Shown: one piece after another, positions 1 to 9,846 of the stretch | Numbering within the stretch: position 1 is the first letter of the stretch | Layout: each line of letters begins with the position of its first letter | Position numbers and translations under genes: made by a program | Assembly: GCA_963836075.1 (NCBI GenBank) | Contig: CAWIIB010000009.1 | Coordinates: 2,240,001 to 2,304,000 of the forward strand | Direction: 5' to 3' | DNA: 64,000 nucleotides | DNA from: an uncultured Acidobacteriota bacterium | GTDB taxonomy: Bacteria > Acidobacteriota > JAQAZP01 | Notes under the pieces: model-generated | Databases searched by the model: none | The model's input: only the letters and a program-made list of their open reading frames with translations | What the model was told of the DNA's origin: nothing

Positions 1-990
1 CTCGGCATCGGCACGGGCCACACCAACCACCCGGATGGCCTCGGCTTCCTTCTGCTGGGCTTCCAGTTCGCCCTCGGCGCGGATGATACGCGTTTGCTTG
101 TCCTGCTCAGCGGTCACCACCTGGCGGTCCTTCTCGATCTCTTCCTGCTTGACCTGCTCGACCCGGCGCACGTCCATGGTGCGCTCCTGGGTCAGCTTTT
201 CCTGCGTGAGCACCTCCTGGCGCGACTGCTGCAGGGCGATGCCGACGGCCTTGTCCTTTTCGGCCGTGCGCTGGCCGACGGCTTCGGCCGCTTCCTGGTC
301 GCGCACATCGATGACCTGCTGGGACTCGATCTCGGCGGTTCTGGCTTTCTTGGTGTTCTCCGCGACCTCGGTGCGTGACTCCATCTCGATGAAGGAGGTC
401 TTTTTGGCCATGATGTTGCTGACGTTGCGCGAGCCCTCTCCGTCACGGATGTCCATCAGCTCCATCGACTTTACCGACCGGACGCCCCACTCCTTGAGCT
501 GGTCGCCAACCTCCTCGGTGAAGGCGTTGCCGAATTTGGCCCGCTCGAGCATGATGGAGTCGATGACGTCGTCGGCCAGCACCTTCCTCACCGCGCCCTG
601 GACGATCAGTGAGAGTTGCTCTTCCAACTCCTTGACGTTCACCACACGGCGCGCCGCCACTGCCGTGTCCTCGATGCGGAAGAACGCCGTCACGTCGACG
701 ATGAACGGCACACGGTCCCGGTCATACGCCTCGTAGGCCAGCAGCGAGAGGTCGAAGTTGCTCACCGGGAGCCTGATCACCGTGACACCCAGCCCCGGAA
801 TCCACGAGGGCCACCGGAAGTAGACGTTGCCTGCTTTCTGGCCCGTGCCGTAGGGGGTGGTCTTACGGCGCGACTGGACCACATGGACCATGTTGGTGCT
901 GACCACGGTGCGCATCATGAATGATGCGATGATGATGATGAACACAAAACCGACCGCACCGAGAACAATGGCTGGAGTCAACATAAACAT
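1..990 (-). CDS. SPFH/Band-7 (flotillin-like) membrane protein, 3' end runs off the window
   Basis: Not in the ORF track because it has no stop in the window. Manual translation from ATG at 990 (GAAGGAG-type RBS upstream) gives MFMLTPAIVLGAVGFVFIIIIASFMMRTVVSTNMVHVVQS...AYDRDRVPFIVDVTAFFRIED...LSLIVQGAVRKVLA...ERAKFGNAF, i.e. N-terminal TM, SPFH domain and an Ala/Glu-rich coiled coil. Confidence 0.85.
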   Translation of the reverse strand, partial: MFMLTPAIVLGAVGFVFIIIIASFMMRTVVSTNMVHVVQSRRKTTPYGTGQKAGNVYFRWPSWIPGLGVTVIRLPVSNFDLSLLAYEAYDRDRVPFIVDVTAFFRIEDTAVAARRVVNVKELEEQLSLIVQGAVRKVLADDVIDSIMLERAKFGNAFTEEVGDQLKEWGVRSVKSMELMDIRDGEGSRNVSNIMAKKTSFIEMESRTEVAENTKKARTAEIESQQVIDVRDQEAAEAVGQRTAEKDKAVGIALQQSRQEVLTQEKLTQERTMDVRRVEQVKQEEIEKDRQVVTAEQDKQTRIIRAEGELEAQQKEAEAIRVVGVARADAE

Positions 991-1459
991 TCCTTCTCTC
1001 CTTCGCTACCCTCGCCCGAACAACAGGGCATTCAGTTGTTGAGACCCGATCCTATCACGAGTGACTTCTGACTTGTACGTTGGGTATTGTACTTAAGGCA
1101 GTATAAAAGTAACTCATGCACAACTCCTCCAGGTGATCCCATACTTTGTTATACGCAGCGACCACGTCGGATATTTTCTTCCCTTTCGAGCGAGCGCCGA
1201 TCAGCTTGCAGATGGTCACCGCGGAACCGCTCAGCCGCTCGCGGTTGGGGCAGGTTTCTGCCGGTGCGGCGAACAGCCGGGCACCGCTCTCATGCAACGG
1301 GGTTGACAAGAGGGCGGTGAACTACAATATTGGTCGATGTGGTCTAAGTTGTTGCAAGAACTAAATATATCGACATGGTGGTCATTCGCACACCGGGTCC
1401 CGCCGGTGGGGCAGCTGGTGTCGTTTCTTGCCGGTCGATAGTGGCGAAAGGAGCAACGC

Positions 1460-2161
1460 ATGGCGCAGGAGAAGGACGGGTGCGTCAAGCCGGCAAGGGG
1501 CCCGATCATGCCGGCAGAATCGGAAGGCAGTCCAGGCGGCGGTGAAAAAAAGGAGGTGATCGCCATGCAGGCACGAGTGGGACGGGAAGCGCCGGATTTC
1601 GAGGCCAACGCATACGTGGCCGGTGAGGGGTTCAAGACGGTTCGGCTCTCCGGTTTCAAGGGCAAGTGGATCGTGCTCTGCTTCTACCCCGGTGACTTCA
1701 CCTTTGTCTGACCCACCGAACTGGCGGCGGTCGCCGCCCGTTACGAGGACCTGAAAGGGCTCGGTGTCGTCGTGCTGTCCATGAGCACCGACAGCCGGTT
1801 CGTGCACCAGATCTGGCAGCGCGAGGAACTGGCCAAAATGGTCGACGGTGGGGTGCCCTTCCCGATGCTTTCCGATGCCGGGGGGCTGATCGGCAAACTG
1901 TATGGGGTGTACGATGAGGCCGCCGGAGTCGATATCCGCGGCCGGTTCATCATCGACCCCGATTTCGTCATCCGGGCGATGGAGGTGCTGACCCCCGAGG
2001 TGGGCCGCAATCCCGATGAACTGACCCGGCAGGTCAAGGCGTTCCAGCATGTGGCATCCACCGGCGAGGTGACCCCCTCCGGCTGGCAGCCCGGCGATAC
2101 CACCCTCACGCCGGGCCCCGACCTGGTGGGCAAGGTCTGGGAGGCCTGGAAGGTCAAGTAG
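1460..2161 (+). CDS. prxU: Selenocysteine-containing peroxiredoxin (AhpC/Prx1-like, PrxU type), read through UGA at 1709-1711
   Basis: ORFs 1460..1711 and 1772..2161 are in the same frame. TGA falls exactly at the peroxidatic position [14 protein letters not shown]. The downstream part has the AhpC motifs [12 protein letters not shown] and [18 protein letters not shown] lies before 1460. Confidence 0.9.
1723..1738 (+). promoter_or_regulatory. Putative bacterial SECIS hairpin
   Basis: GGCGGC-GGTC-GCCGCC stem-loop whose loop starts 18 nt after the UGA. The GGUC loop and spacing resemble the E. coli fdhF SECIS. Confidence 0.7.
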
Positions 2162-2183
2162 GGCGAGGGCGCGATCAACAGGG

Positions 2184-2624
2184 CCCGACACGCCGAACCC
2201 CGACCAGGAGGATGCCGACGAGGACGGTGTTGGTGATGCCTGTGACACGGCCTCCGCCACCCTGGCCGCCACTCTGCGCTGTCTGCCCGATGCGGGGACC
2301 CTGCCCTTCACCACCACCATGACGGTGGAACTGGCCAACCTGTATGGCGGGCAAACCCGCCGTCTGGCTGGACGTCTCGAACTGGACCTGGCCGGCGGGC
2401 AGCACTACGGCAGCTGGCGGGCCGGCTGGAGCAACATTGGCCCTTCAAACAGCTACCTCACCAGTTGGGGGCAATTCATCCCCGCCCTGGGATCGCTGGT
2501 GGGTGTCAACACCTTCACCCTGCTGGCCGAGGATGTCACACCGGCCCCGTACAACCAGCCGCCCTACCCGGCAGCCGGCGACCAGGCCAGCGACAACTGC
2601 ACGGTGACCGGAATCCTTCCCTGA
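2184..2624 (+). pseudogene. Headless remnant: one thrombospondin type-3 repeat plus the recurrent PYNQPPYP C-terminal domain
   Basis: The frame reads PDTPNPDQEDADEDGVGDACD-TASATLAATLRCLPDAGTLPF...DVTPAPYNQPPYPAAGDQASDNCTVTGILP*. There is no ATG/GTG/TTG between the upstream in-frame stop (2070-2072) and the internal Met at 2319, and no signal peptide. Confidence 0.7.
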
Positions 2625-2635
2625 AGTAGTTTATC

Positions 2636-2665
2636 GACGGCCCGGGGGACGCTCCCCGGGCCGTC
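2636..2665 (+). terminator. GC-rich 12-bp hairpin, terminator-like
   Basis: GACGGCCCGGGG-GACGCT-CCCCGGGCCGTC just after the stop at 2624. It lacks a U-tract. Confidence 0.45.
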
Positions 2666-2693
2666 CGTCCGGCATCCCGCCTGAAATCACTCC

Positions 2694-2722
2694 TTGACGA
2701 GTCTCATTCCTGAACATAAATT
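2694..2722 (+). promoter_or_regulatory. Putative sigma70 promoter for the dodecin gene
   Basis: TTGACG-17 nt-TAAATT. Confidence 0.45.
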
Positions 2723-2886
2723 AGCTTCAAGACAATTGCACTCTCTTTCTCTATGACAACGATCAAGCGCAGCACTCCTGTCGCGAGAGTGCGTGAAACT
2801 ACCACCAGGGCGAGTTGTTGTTGAAGGTCTGCTGCAGGTCGGCAGCTGATTTTCTTTCTTGTCCAATTAGCAAAGGGAGAAGAGCC

Positions 2887-3096
2887 ATGGCCGAGAGCGT
2901 GTACAAAGTCGTTGAAATCGTGGGTACCAGCACCGAGGGTTGGGAGAGAGCCGCGACTGCCGCCGTGGAGCGGGCAAGTCAGAGTCTGCGTGACCTTCGT
3001 GTCGCCGAGGTGACAGCGATGGACCTGGTGCTCAAGGACGGGCAGGTCGAGGCTTACCGGGCAAAGGTCAAGGTCTCCTTCAAATACGAGGGCTGA
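2887..3096 (+). CDS. Dodecin family flavin-binding protein
   Basis: 69 aa, MAESVYKVVEIVGTSTEGWERAA...YRAKVKVSFKYE, typical dodecin signature. GGGAG RBS before ATG 2887. Confidence 0.9.
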   Translation: MAESVYKVVEIVGTSTEGWERAATAAVERASQSLRDLRVAEVTAMDLVLKDGQVEAYRAKVKVSFKYEG

Positions 3097-3139
3097 GCGG
3101 AGGCCGCCGCGGGGCGGCCCCCGAGTCGTCCCGACCCGG

Positions 3140-5365
3140 TCAGGGGGCGTGGGCCACCACCACGTTTGTCTTGGTGCACGTACTTCCCGAAGGCGGGTAG
3201 GGCGGCTGGTTGTATGGGGCCGGCGTTACATCCATGACGGACAACATACTGGTGTTGCTGCCGATGACGCTCCCCAAACTCGGGATGGTCACCGGGAACT
3301 GGGTGTAGTAGAAGGAACCCGGGGCTACGTTGGTGTAGCCCGCTCTCCAAGGGTTGAAGAGGGTGCCGTTGGCCAGGGTCAGGGAGATCTGCCCGGCGAT
3401 CCGGCGGGTGAGGGCCGCGCCTCCGCTGAGGGTGTTGGTCATGGTGATCTGGTGCAGCACCTGGAAGGGCACTGTACCCGAGGAGGGCGTGCAGTTATAA
3501 CTGCAGGTAAGGGTCGAGGTGCTCACGGCGCCGAACCCGGTGGCCCGGAGGCCGTAGTTGCCGTAAACCCCGCTGTCGGCGTAGAAGGTGCCTCCGATAT
3601 AGGTCATGGTCCGTCCGTTCCAGGGTGAGCTGGTGTCCGCGCCGATGTTCGAACCGTTGTAAATGATGTAGAGCACCCAGAAGTCGCCCGAAGCGATCTG
3701 GATGTTCAGGCCGGAGACATCCTCGTAGTCCCAGCTATACCCGGTGGCCCCGGTGCTGGTGAGCACCGAGGTGAGAGGGGAGCCCGGCGAACCGCCGCTG
3801 TCGGACCAGATCTGGTACTGACAGTTCCCGGTGTTCTGATGGATGTGAATCCCCTTCAGGTCGAAGGGGTAGGCGCCTGGCGTCATTCGCACCGCCCAGC
3901 CGTAACCCTCGGCCCAGTTCCAGCCGGTCTCGATGGACCCGTCGTCATAGACCAGGTATTCCCACAGGTCGCCCGGCTGGATGTCCATCTGCATGTCGCC
4001 GGCCGAAGCGGCGATATTGGTGATCGAAACCCCGGAGGCGCTGCCGTCATGCCGGTTGCTCGACGGCGTGGTGGAGGCGGTGAACTGGTCCACCGTGCTG
4101 TAGGGATAGATGTCGCCGCTGTCACCGTAGGGCATGAAGGCTGAGCAGTCGAGGTCGAAGTTGCCGTCCGGCTGCTCCAGGGAGACCAGGTAGTGCGAGC
4201 TGGACGTGCAGTACGGCGCGTCCTCGCAGTCATTGCCGGTGGCGACTTCCTCGTCGATGTGCCAGACCAGCACACCGCCGCCCGGAAGGTTGCTGTCGAA
4301 ACCGTAGCTGTTATCGCGGTGGGAGACCAGCAGGTACTCGGAACCCCGCCAGTTCATCCCGATCTTCAGCACCGTGGCGTTGTCCTCGATCCGCGGCAGC
4401 AGCCGGCCGACAGCCGGTGAGGCCACCACCGTGGGGGTGAGCCAGCCCATCTGGATCTTGGACCAGGCGCAGAGGTGAGTGGGCTGTTCGGGATCGGCCA
4501 CCGTGCCGCCCCATCCGCCGTAGCCCATCAGTCCCCAGACACCGATGCCTGAGCTGAGGGTGTCCATCGGCGGCCCGCAGACGAACCCGGTGTCGTTCAG
4601 GTCGGGCAGGCCTAGCATGTGGCCGAACTCGTGGCAGTACACGCCGATCTTGACGTGGGTCAGCGGCGAGGCGTCCTGCAGTTCCGGAACGCAGAGGTAG
4701 GAATCAATGGTCTTGCCGTCGTAGGACCGTGCCGTGCCGCCCATGGCGCTGATCGAGCTGAGGTGGCTGTGGATATCGTTGGTGTCCAGGCTGGTCTCGT
4801 GCCCCTCGCCGCAGTGCACCACGAAGATCGATTCGGCCACCCCGTCGCCGTCGTTGTCGTACTGGGAGAAATCAACCCCGGCGGTCTCGGCGGCATCCAC
4901 CGCCTCCTCAACCAGCGCGGCCGCGTTCCGGGGGTACGCGCCCCAACCCTGTTGCGCATTGCCGTAATAGGCCCGGGTGTTGGCCGCCGTATACCAGCCC
5001 ACGCACAGACCGGCGAGCTGCAGATTGCCGTACGACACCTCGTTGAAATAGTCGTTCATACTGTGTGGCGACCAGGGGCCGAACACCATGTTGTCAAAGG
5101 AGCCGGCCGTGTAGTTGCTGGTGACGTCCGAGAAACGGATACAGATCACCAGGATGTTGTGCGTTGCCCGCCAGCCCCCGTCGGGGATCCGGGCCGGCTT
5201 GTCGATCCAGGGCGGCTTGACCATCAGCTGCCGCCCATCCAGGGTCAGTCCGGGATTGGCCGGATCCAGAGCCCTGGGATCAACCGTGATCGCCTGGGCC
5301 AGAAAGCCGGGGAAGGAAAAGAGCGTGCACAACAAAAGCACCAACAGAAAATACTTGATATTCAT
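3140..5365 (-). CDS. Secreted M6-family (immune inhibitor A-like) metalloprotease with a variant of the recurrent C-terminal domain
   Basis: Signal peptide, SMNDYFNEVSYG, DFSQYDNDGDG and the zinc motif HEFGHMLGLPDL. C-terminus ...DVTPAPYNQPPYPPSGSTCTKTNVVVAHAP. Confidence 0.88.
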   Translation of the reverse strand: MNIKYFLLVLLLCTLFSFPGFLAQAITVDPRALDPANPGLTLDGRQLMVKPPWIDKPARIPDGGWRATHNILVICIRFSDVTSNYTAGSFDNMVFGPWSPHSMNDYFNEVSYGNLQLAGLCVGWYTAANTRAYYGNAQQGWGAYPRNAAALVEEAVDAAETAGVDFSQYDNDGDGVAESIFVVHCGEGHETSLDTNDIHSHLSSISAMGGTARSYDGKTIDSYLCVPELQDASPLTHVKIGVYCHEFGHMLGLPDLNDTGFVCGPPMDTLSSGIGVWGLMGYGGWGGTVADPEQPTHLCAWSKIQMGWLTPTVVASPAVGRLLPRIEDNATVLKIGMNWRGSEYLLVSHRDNSYGFDSNLPGGGVLVWHIDEEVATGNDCEDAPYCTSSSHYLVSLEQPDGNFDLDCSAFMPYGDSGDIYPYSTVDQFTASTTPSSNRHDGSASGVSITNIAASAGDMQMDIQPGDLWEYLVYDDGSIETGWNWAEGYGWAVRMTPGAYPFDLKGIHIHQNTGNCQYQIWSDSGGSPGSPLTSVLTSTGATGYSWDYEDVSGLNIQIASGDFWVLYIIYNGSNIGADTSSPWNGRTMTYIGGTFYADSGVYGNYGLRATGFGAVSTSTLTCSYNCTPSSGTVPFQVLHQITMTNTLSGGAALTRRIAGQISLTLANGTLFNPWRAGYTNVAPGSFYYTQFPVTIPSLGSVIGSNTSMLSVMDVTPAPYNQPPYPPSGSTCTKTNVVVAHAP

Positions 5366-5730
5366 GGCCGGTCCTCCATTTATTACAGGGATATGATCTG
5401 CGTTCAGTTAGGTAGTGCGAGGAAGGGAAAGTAATCTCACAACAAAATATAGGTATTTTTCTTTTATGACGCCATAATTTTCTGATGTTTTTGGTTTTCG
5501 CTTCTGTGGGTCACAAAGTGACTGATACTGTTGAGGTTATCATTGCTTGAAGTCGTCACGCCTGAAACCGACATCTTCTGGAATCGAATGGGTTTCAAGC
5601 TCTTCTGGCGGATGCCCCCGCAATTCCCACTCCGAATTGTCACTATTGTAATTTGGTTGGACCCATCAGCACGTCGGTTGGATATTCAGGAGCAACACCA
5701 GTGGGTTGACACAGAAGGAGGCTGTATTGG

Positions 5731-5762
5731 CATCTCTAGTTCGAGTCCGGCCCGGGGAGCCA
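5731..5762 (+). other. tRNA 3'-end-like fragment (T-loop, acceptor strand, CCA; tRNA-Asn-like), possible att scar
   Basis: CATCTCTAGTTCGAGTCCGGCCCGGGGAGCCA. No matching 5' half (TCCCCGG...) lies upstream, so this is not an intact tRNA. Confidence 0.5.
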
Positions 5763-5953
5763 GCATTCGGCACATGAAATTCGCTGCAGGGCACACGAGG
5801 TATAATCTAATATCGGTATATTCAGGAAATTCCCATGAATCGTGACCAGTTAGAGGTAAAACCATGACAATGATTCAGATGGTATCCGGCAACAACTGGT
5901 GGTAGAGGAATCTAATAGGCGGGGGTGTTACCTGGAATGGAGGAGAACAGGAA

Positions 5954-7474
5954 ATGAAATATCAATCATATATCATCGTCCTTCTTGTTACCCTGATGTT
6001 TGCCATGGTGGGAAGTTACGCCAGAGCCCAATGGAATCCTCCCGAGCAGATTACCTACAACAACAAAGATGAACTGATCACGAACGGAAGTCTTGCCATC
6101 GATGGCAACGATATCCTTCACATGGCCTGGGCACAGTACGATGGCATGGGAAGCAGCAAGCAGATCGTCTACATGGAGGGCTCCAGCGGAAACTGGGGGG
6201 ATATCGTGGAGATTACCCCCAGCAGCCTTGACTGCACGACTCCGAACCTCGCCGTCCACTCGAGTGGAGACTCCCATCTCGTGTGGCTGCAGGACAACGG
6301 GAGCGCCGGCGAGCTTTTCTATGCCACCAATTCCTCGGGAACCTGGATCACGGAACGGATCACCAACAACACGACAACCGACATCGGTCCGGTTGTTGGT
6401 GTCGACGGCGCAAACAGCCCGCACATTGCCTGGGCTGGATACGATCCGGCCTCCGGCGAAGGCAAGATCTTCTATGGAAAGCGTTCCGGAGGGATCTGGA
6501 ACAAACAGGTCCTCGAGAATTCTTCTCTCGGTGATTACTGGACCGGCGCCTATCCAAAGATCTCGGTCTCCCCTGCGGGGATTGTCCAGATCACCTACCG
6601 CGGGGGCGGATACGGCTACTACCATATCCATCAGGCGACCAATGCGACCGGGGACTGGACGATTCAGATCCTCCATAGCACGAATCTCAATGATTTTTCC
6701 TCTTCCGTGCGCACCGATCCTTTCAACACCTGCTATCTCGCTATGAGCGGAGATTACGGATGGGGAATGCCCGGTGAGGTCTATTACCGAGAAAGCAGCG
6801 ATCAGGGACTCACCTGGTCCGCGGCCGAACTGGCCTCAGGTTATCACGGAACATCGAATCCAGTGCTCGAAGTGGACGGGGAGGGTCACGCCCATATCGC
6901 CTGGGAGGAAGTCAGCGGCAGCATTTACACGGGAACGATCTTTTATTCCACCAATCGAGGCGGCGCCTGGACTACCGAACAGATGACGGGAAGCAGTGAC
7001 TACTTCAGCCCCTCTCTCGTGATGGACGGTTCGGGGAGGGTTCACATGATCTACCTGCAGGAAATCCATCCCCAGCCCTCCGAGATATTCTACCTGACCA
7101 ATGCGACATCGACCGTGACCGCGGACATCACCTGCACACCCTCATCGGGCACCTTGCCGTTCAGCACCTTCATGACGATGACGATGACCAATCTCCACAC
7201 CGATCGGCGCAGGATCGCCGGCCGGCTCGGCATCACCCTGGCCAACGGCACCAGTTACGGCACCTGGCGGGCCGGGTACACCAACATTGGTAGCGGGGAA
7301 AGTTACGTCACCTCCTGGGTCCAGAGCATCCCGGCCCTGGGCTCGCTGGTCGGGGACAACGTCTTCTCGCTCACCGCCGAGGATGTGACCCCGGCGCCGT
7401 ACAACCAGCCGCCCCACCCGCCGGCGGGCGACACGGATACGGCCCAATGCACGGTGACCGGCGTGGCGCCGTAA
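5954..7474 (+). CDS. Secreted beta-propeller-like protein (BNR/Asp-box-like repeats) with the recurrent C-terminal domain
   Basis: Signal peptide ending ARA, repeated 'D..G..HIAW' and 'YxTN..G.W' units, Asp-box SSDQGLTWS. C-terminal DVTPAPYNQPPHPPAGDTDTAQCTVTGVAP. GGAGGAG RBS. Confidence 0.8.
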   Translation: MKYQSYIIVLLVTLMFAMVGSYARAQWNPPEQITYNNKDELITNGSLAIDGNDILHMAWAQYDGMGSSKQIVYMEGSSGNWGDIVEITPSSLDCTTPNLAVHSSGDSHLVWLQDNGSAGELFYATNSSGTWITERITNNTTTDIGPVVGVDGANSPHIAWAGYDPASGEGKIFYGKRSGGIWNKQVLENSSLGDYWTGAYPKISVSPAGIVQITYRGGGYGYYHIHQATNATGDWTIQILHSTNLNDFSSSVRTDPFNTCYLAMSGDYGWGMPGEVYYRESSDQGLTWSAAELASGYHGTSNPVLEVDGEGHAHIAWEEVSGSIYTGTIFYSTNRGGAWTTEQMTGSSDYFSPSLVMDGSGRVHMIYLQEIHPQPSEIFYLTNATSTVTADITCTPSSGTLPFSTFMTMTMTNLHTDRRRIAGRLGITLANGTSYGTWRAGYTNIGSGESYVTSWVQSIPALGSLVGDNVFSLTAEDVTPAPYNQPPHPPAGDTDTAQCTVTGVAP

Positions 7475-8111
7475 GGAATCTCTGACACGGGCGGGGGCTG
7501 TGCCCCCTCCCGCAATCCTCCTTGACTCTCACCGGCAGTGGGGTGCAACAAACACCTTCCGAAAAGTTCTACCTTCTGCTGGGCCCGGGGAGCCAGGCTT
7601 TTGTACAGCGAATCTGAAGGCCGATCTGGTTAACAGACAATATGACTCTTATTGTTGGACGTCTACCATATGGGTAAGCTTACGGTCTGTCTCCAATTTT
7701 TATCACTAACTCTCTGTTCGCGATGCACTGGTTGGATGAAGCACACCCCCCCCCAAAAAAATAAGCATTTATCCGATGGGAGCCATACCTTTATAGTTAT
7801 GGATTAATGTTGTACGAAGCAGGTCTAAAGTCTTACAGTTACTCTGCAAGCACGATCCCATCAAATTATTGTTTTACAGTTGCCTCAACATTATCGAGCC
7901 ACAAGGCTCTATATTTCACCGATCATGGCGTGGCTCCATCCCTGATGAGTCATTCCGTCAGCTTGTTCATGGAAATCTGAATCACACTCCACTCAGCGGT
8001 GGAAAACCCCAGGAGAGCGTGATAACAGCAGTGCTCAATTGAATCGAACAGTCGAAGTCAAATATGTTCAGACGCATTAGCAGGAATGAAGTACCAAAGG
8101 AGAAACGTACG

Positions 8112-9809
8112 ATGACCAATAAGATAATATGGCAGGCCCTCGCTCTTGGACTCATGGCACTGTGGTTGGCGGTACCGGCGGCCCAGGCCCAGGTCGAGGA
8201 GGCCTGGGTGTCTCAATACATCGGCCCCCCTCCCCTCGAGGGCTGGCACCCTTCGGACTATGTAACAGATCTGGCGGTGCGTGACGGCTACGTCTATGTC
8301 ACCGGATACGAATCTCGGTTTACCGCCTACTGGGCCACCGTGAAGTACGACTATACCGGGCAGGAGGTATGGGTCCAGAGAGTTGTGGACGGTCAGTCAC
8401 AGACCGCCGAGGGGATCGCGGTTGACGCGGCCGGCAACGTTTATGTGACCGGCTACCAAAAACAAGTTGGTGCCGGCGGTGATGCGTTGACGGTGAAGTA
8501 CAGCCCGGAGGGCGTGATCCTGTGGGAGAAGCTCTACGTGAGCCCTGGCGGTAACAACCGACCAAATGACATAGCGATCGATGCATCCGGGAACATCTAC
8601 GTCTCCGGTGCCTCGTGGGTCACCGAGCAAGAGGAGTTTGACATGCTCCTGCTCAAGTACGACTCCGACGGCGAATTGCTATGGGATCGCACGTTCGACG
8701 ATGGGGAAGAAAATTGGGACTCCGGTCTCGCATTAGCCATCGATCCGGATGGCAACACAATTGTGGCAGGTTTCACCGAACCCGAAGCCATGCTTGTGAA
8801 GTACAGCCCCACCGGCGACCTGCTCTGGTATGACAAGCACGTGAGCTATGCGCCCTGGGACCAATGGGCACGAGTCATAACTGACTCGACGGGCAACATC
8901 TACGTTCTAGGGGAAATATCTCTCCCGGGGACGCCAAAGTACCTGTGGACGGCCAAGTACGATCCCGACGGCAACATTCTGTGGGAACAGCCCTACACCG
9001 GCACCGCGGACGAATCCTGTTACGATGGCAACCTGGCCCTTATGCCCGACGGCGGCGTGGTGGTCACTGGCCAGAGTTGGGAGGTGTCCGGCATCAGCAT
9101 CGTCACGATTCGTTATGATAAGGAAGGCACTGAGCTCTGGCGGCGGCTCGAAAACGCCGGGTACGCGCATACCAGCGGCGACGATGTGGCCGTCGACGCG
9201 GAAGGCCGTATCTACGTCACGGGCTACGGCTATAACTATAGCTACTGGGAGGACAACATTACTCTGGGTTACTCACCCGACGGCGACCTGCTCTGGACAC
9301 AGATCTACGCCAATCCCCAGCCCGATGGATCGGACTATCCGCAGGCGATCGCGGTGGATGAAGACGCGAATGTGTTCGTCGCGGCGCACTCCTGGAGTAG
9401 CGAAACCAGCAACGACTACACCACGATCATGTACCGGCAGGGTGCTCTGTCTGCCGAGTTGACCTGCCTTCCCTCATCCGGCACGCTCCCGTTCTCCACG
9501 GTAATGACCGCAACGCTGAGCAATCTATACACTGAACAGAGCCGCCGCATCTCCGGCCACATCGACGTCACTTTGGCCAGCGCTCAGCTATTCACCAATT
9601 GGCGGGCTGGATTTACCAATATTGCTGGTGGCGCAAGTTACGTCACGACCTGGAATCAGACCATCCCGGCCTATGGGAGTGTGGTCGGTGAAAACGTCTT
9701 CCAGCTCCTGGCTCAGGACGTCACACCGCCACCATACAACCAACCGCCCTACCCACCGGCAGGGGACACGGCCACGGCCACCTGCACTGTGACGGGGATA
9801 GCACCCTGA
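8112..9809 (+). CDS. Secreted SBBP-repeat beta-propeller protein with the recurrent C-terminal domain
   Basis: AAGGAG RBS before ATG 8112, signal peptide ending AQA, repeats 'IAVDxxGNVYVTG...TVKY(D/S)xxG..LW', then the CTD. Confidence 0.85.
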   Translation: MTNKIIWQALALGLMALWLAVPAAQAQVEEAWVSQYIGPPPLEGWHPSDYVTDLAVRDGYVYVTGYESRFTAYWATVKYDYTGQEVWVQRVVDGQSQTAEGIAVDAAGNVYVTGYQKQVGAGGDALTVKYSPEGVILWEKLYVSPGGNNRPNDIAIDASGNIYVSGASWVTEQEEFDMLLLKYDSDGELLWDRTFDDGEENWDSGLALAIDPDGNTIVAGFTEPEAMLVKYSPTGDLLWYDKHVSYAPWDQWARVITDSTGNIYVLGEISLPGTPKYLWTAKYDPDGNILWEQPYTGTADESCYDGNLALMPDGGVVVTGQSWEVSGISIVTIRYDKEGTELWRRLENAGYAHTSGDDVAVDAEGRIYVTGYGYNYSYWEDNITLGYSPDGDLLWTQIYANPQPDGSDYPQAIAVDEDANVFVAAHSWSSETSNDYTTIMYRQGALSAELTCLPSSGTLPFSTVMTATLSNLYTEQSRRISGHIDVTLASAQLFTNWRAGFTNIAGGASYVTTWNQTIPAYGSVVGENVFQLLAQDVTPPPYNQPPYPPAGDTATATCTVTGIAP

Positions 9810-9835
9810 TCGACCAGACAGCACCGGCTCGGGAC
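9460..9835 (+). repeat. Copy 1 of a 376-bp near-identical direct repeat (CTD coding region plus 26 nt past the stop)
   Basis: Aligns without gaps to 10955..11330 (offset 1495). Both copies include the downstream GACCAGACAGCACCGGCTCGGGAC. Confidence 0.9.
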
Positions 9836-9846
9836 AATGTGCGATG

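Noticed and set aside
5687-5762. Intact tRNA gene
   Set aside because: Only the T-loop and 3' acceptor strand are present. There is no complementary 5' acceptor, D-arm or anticodon arm.
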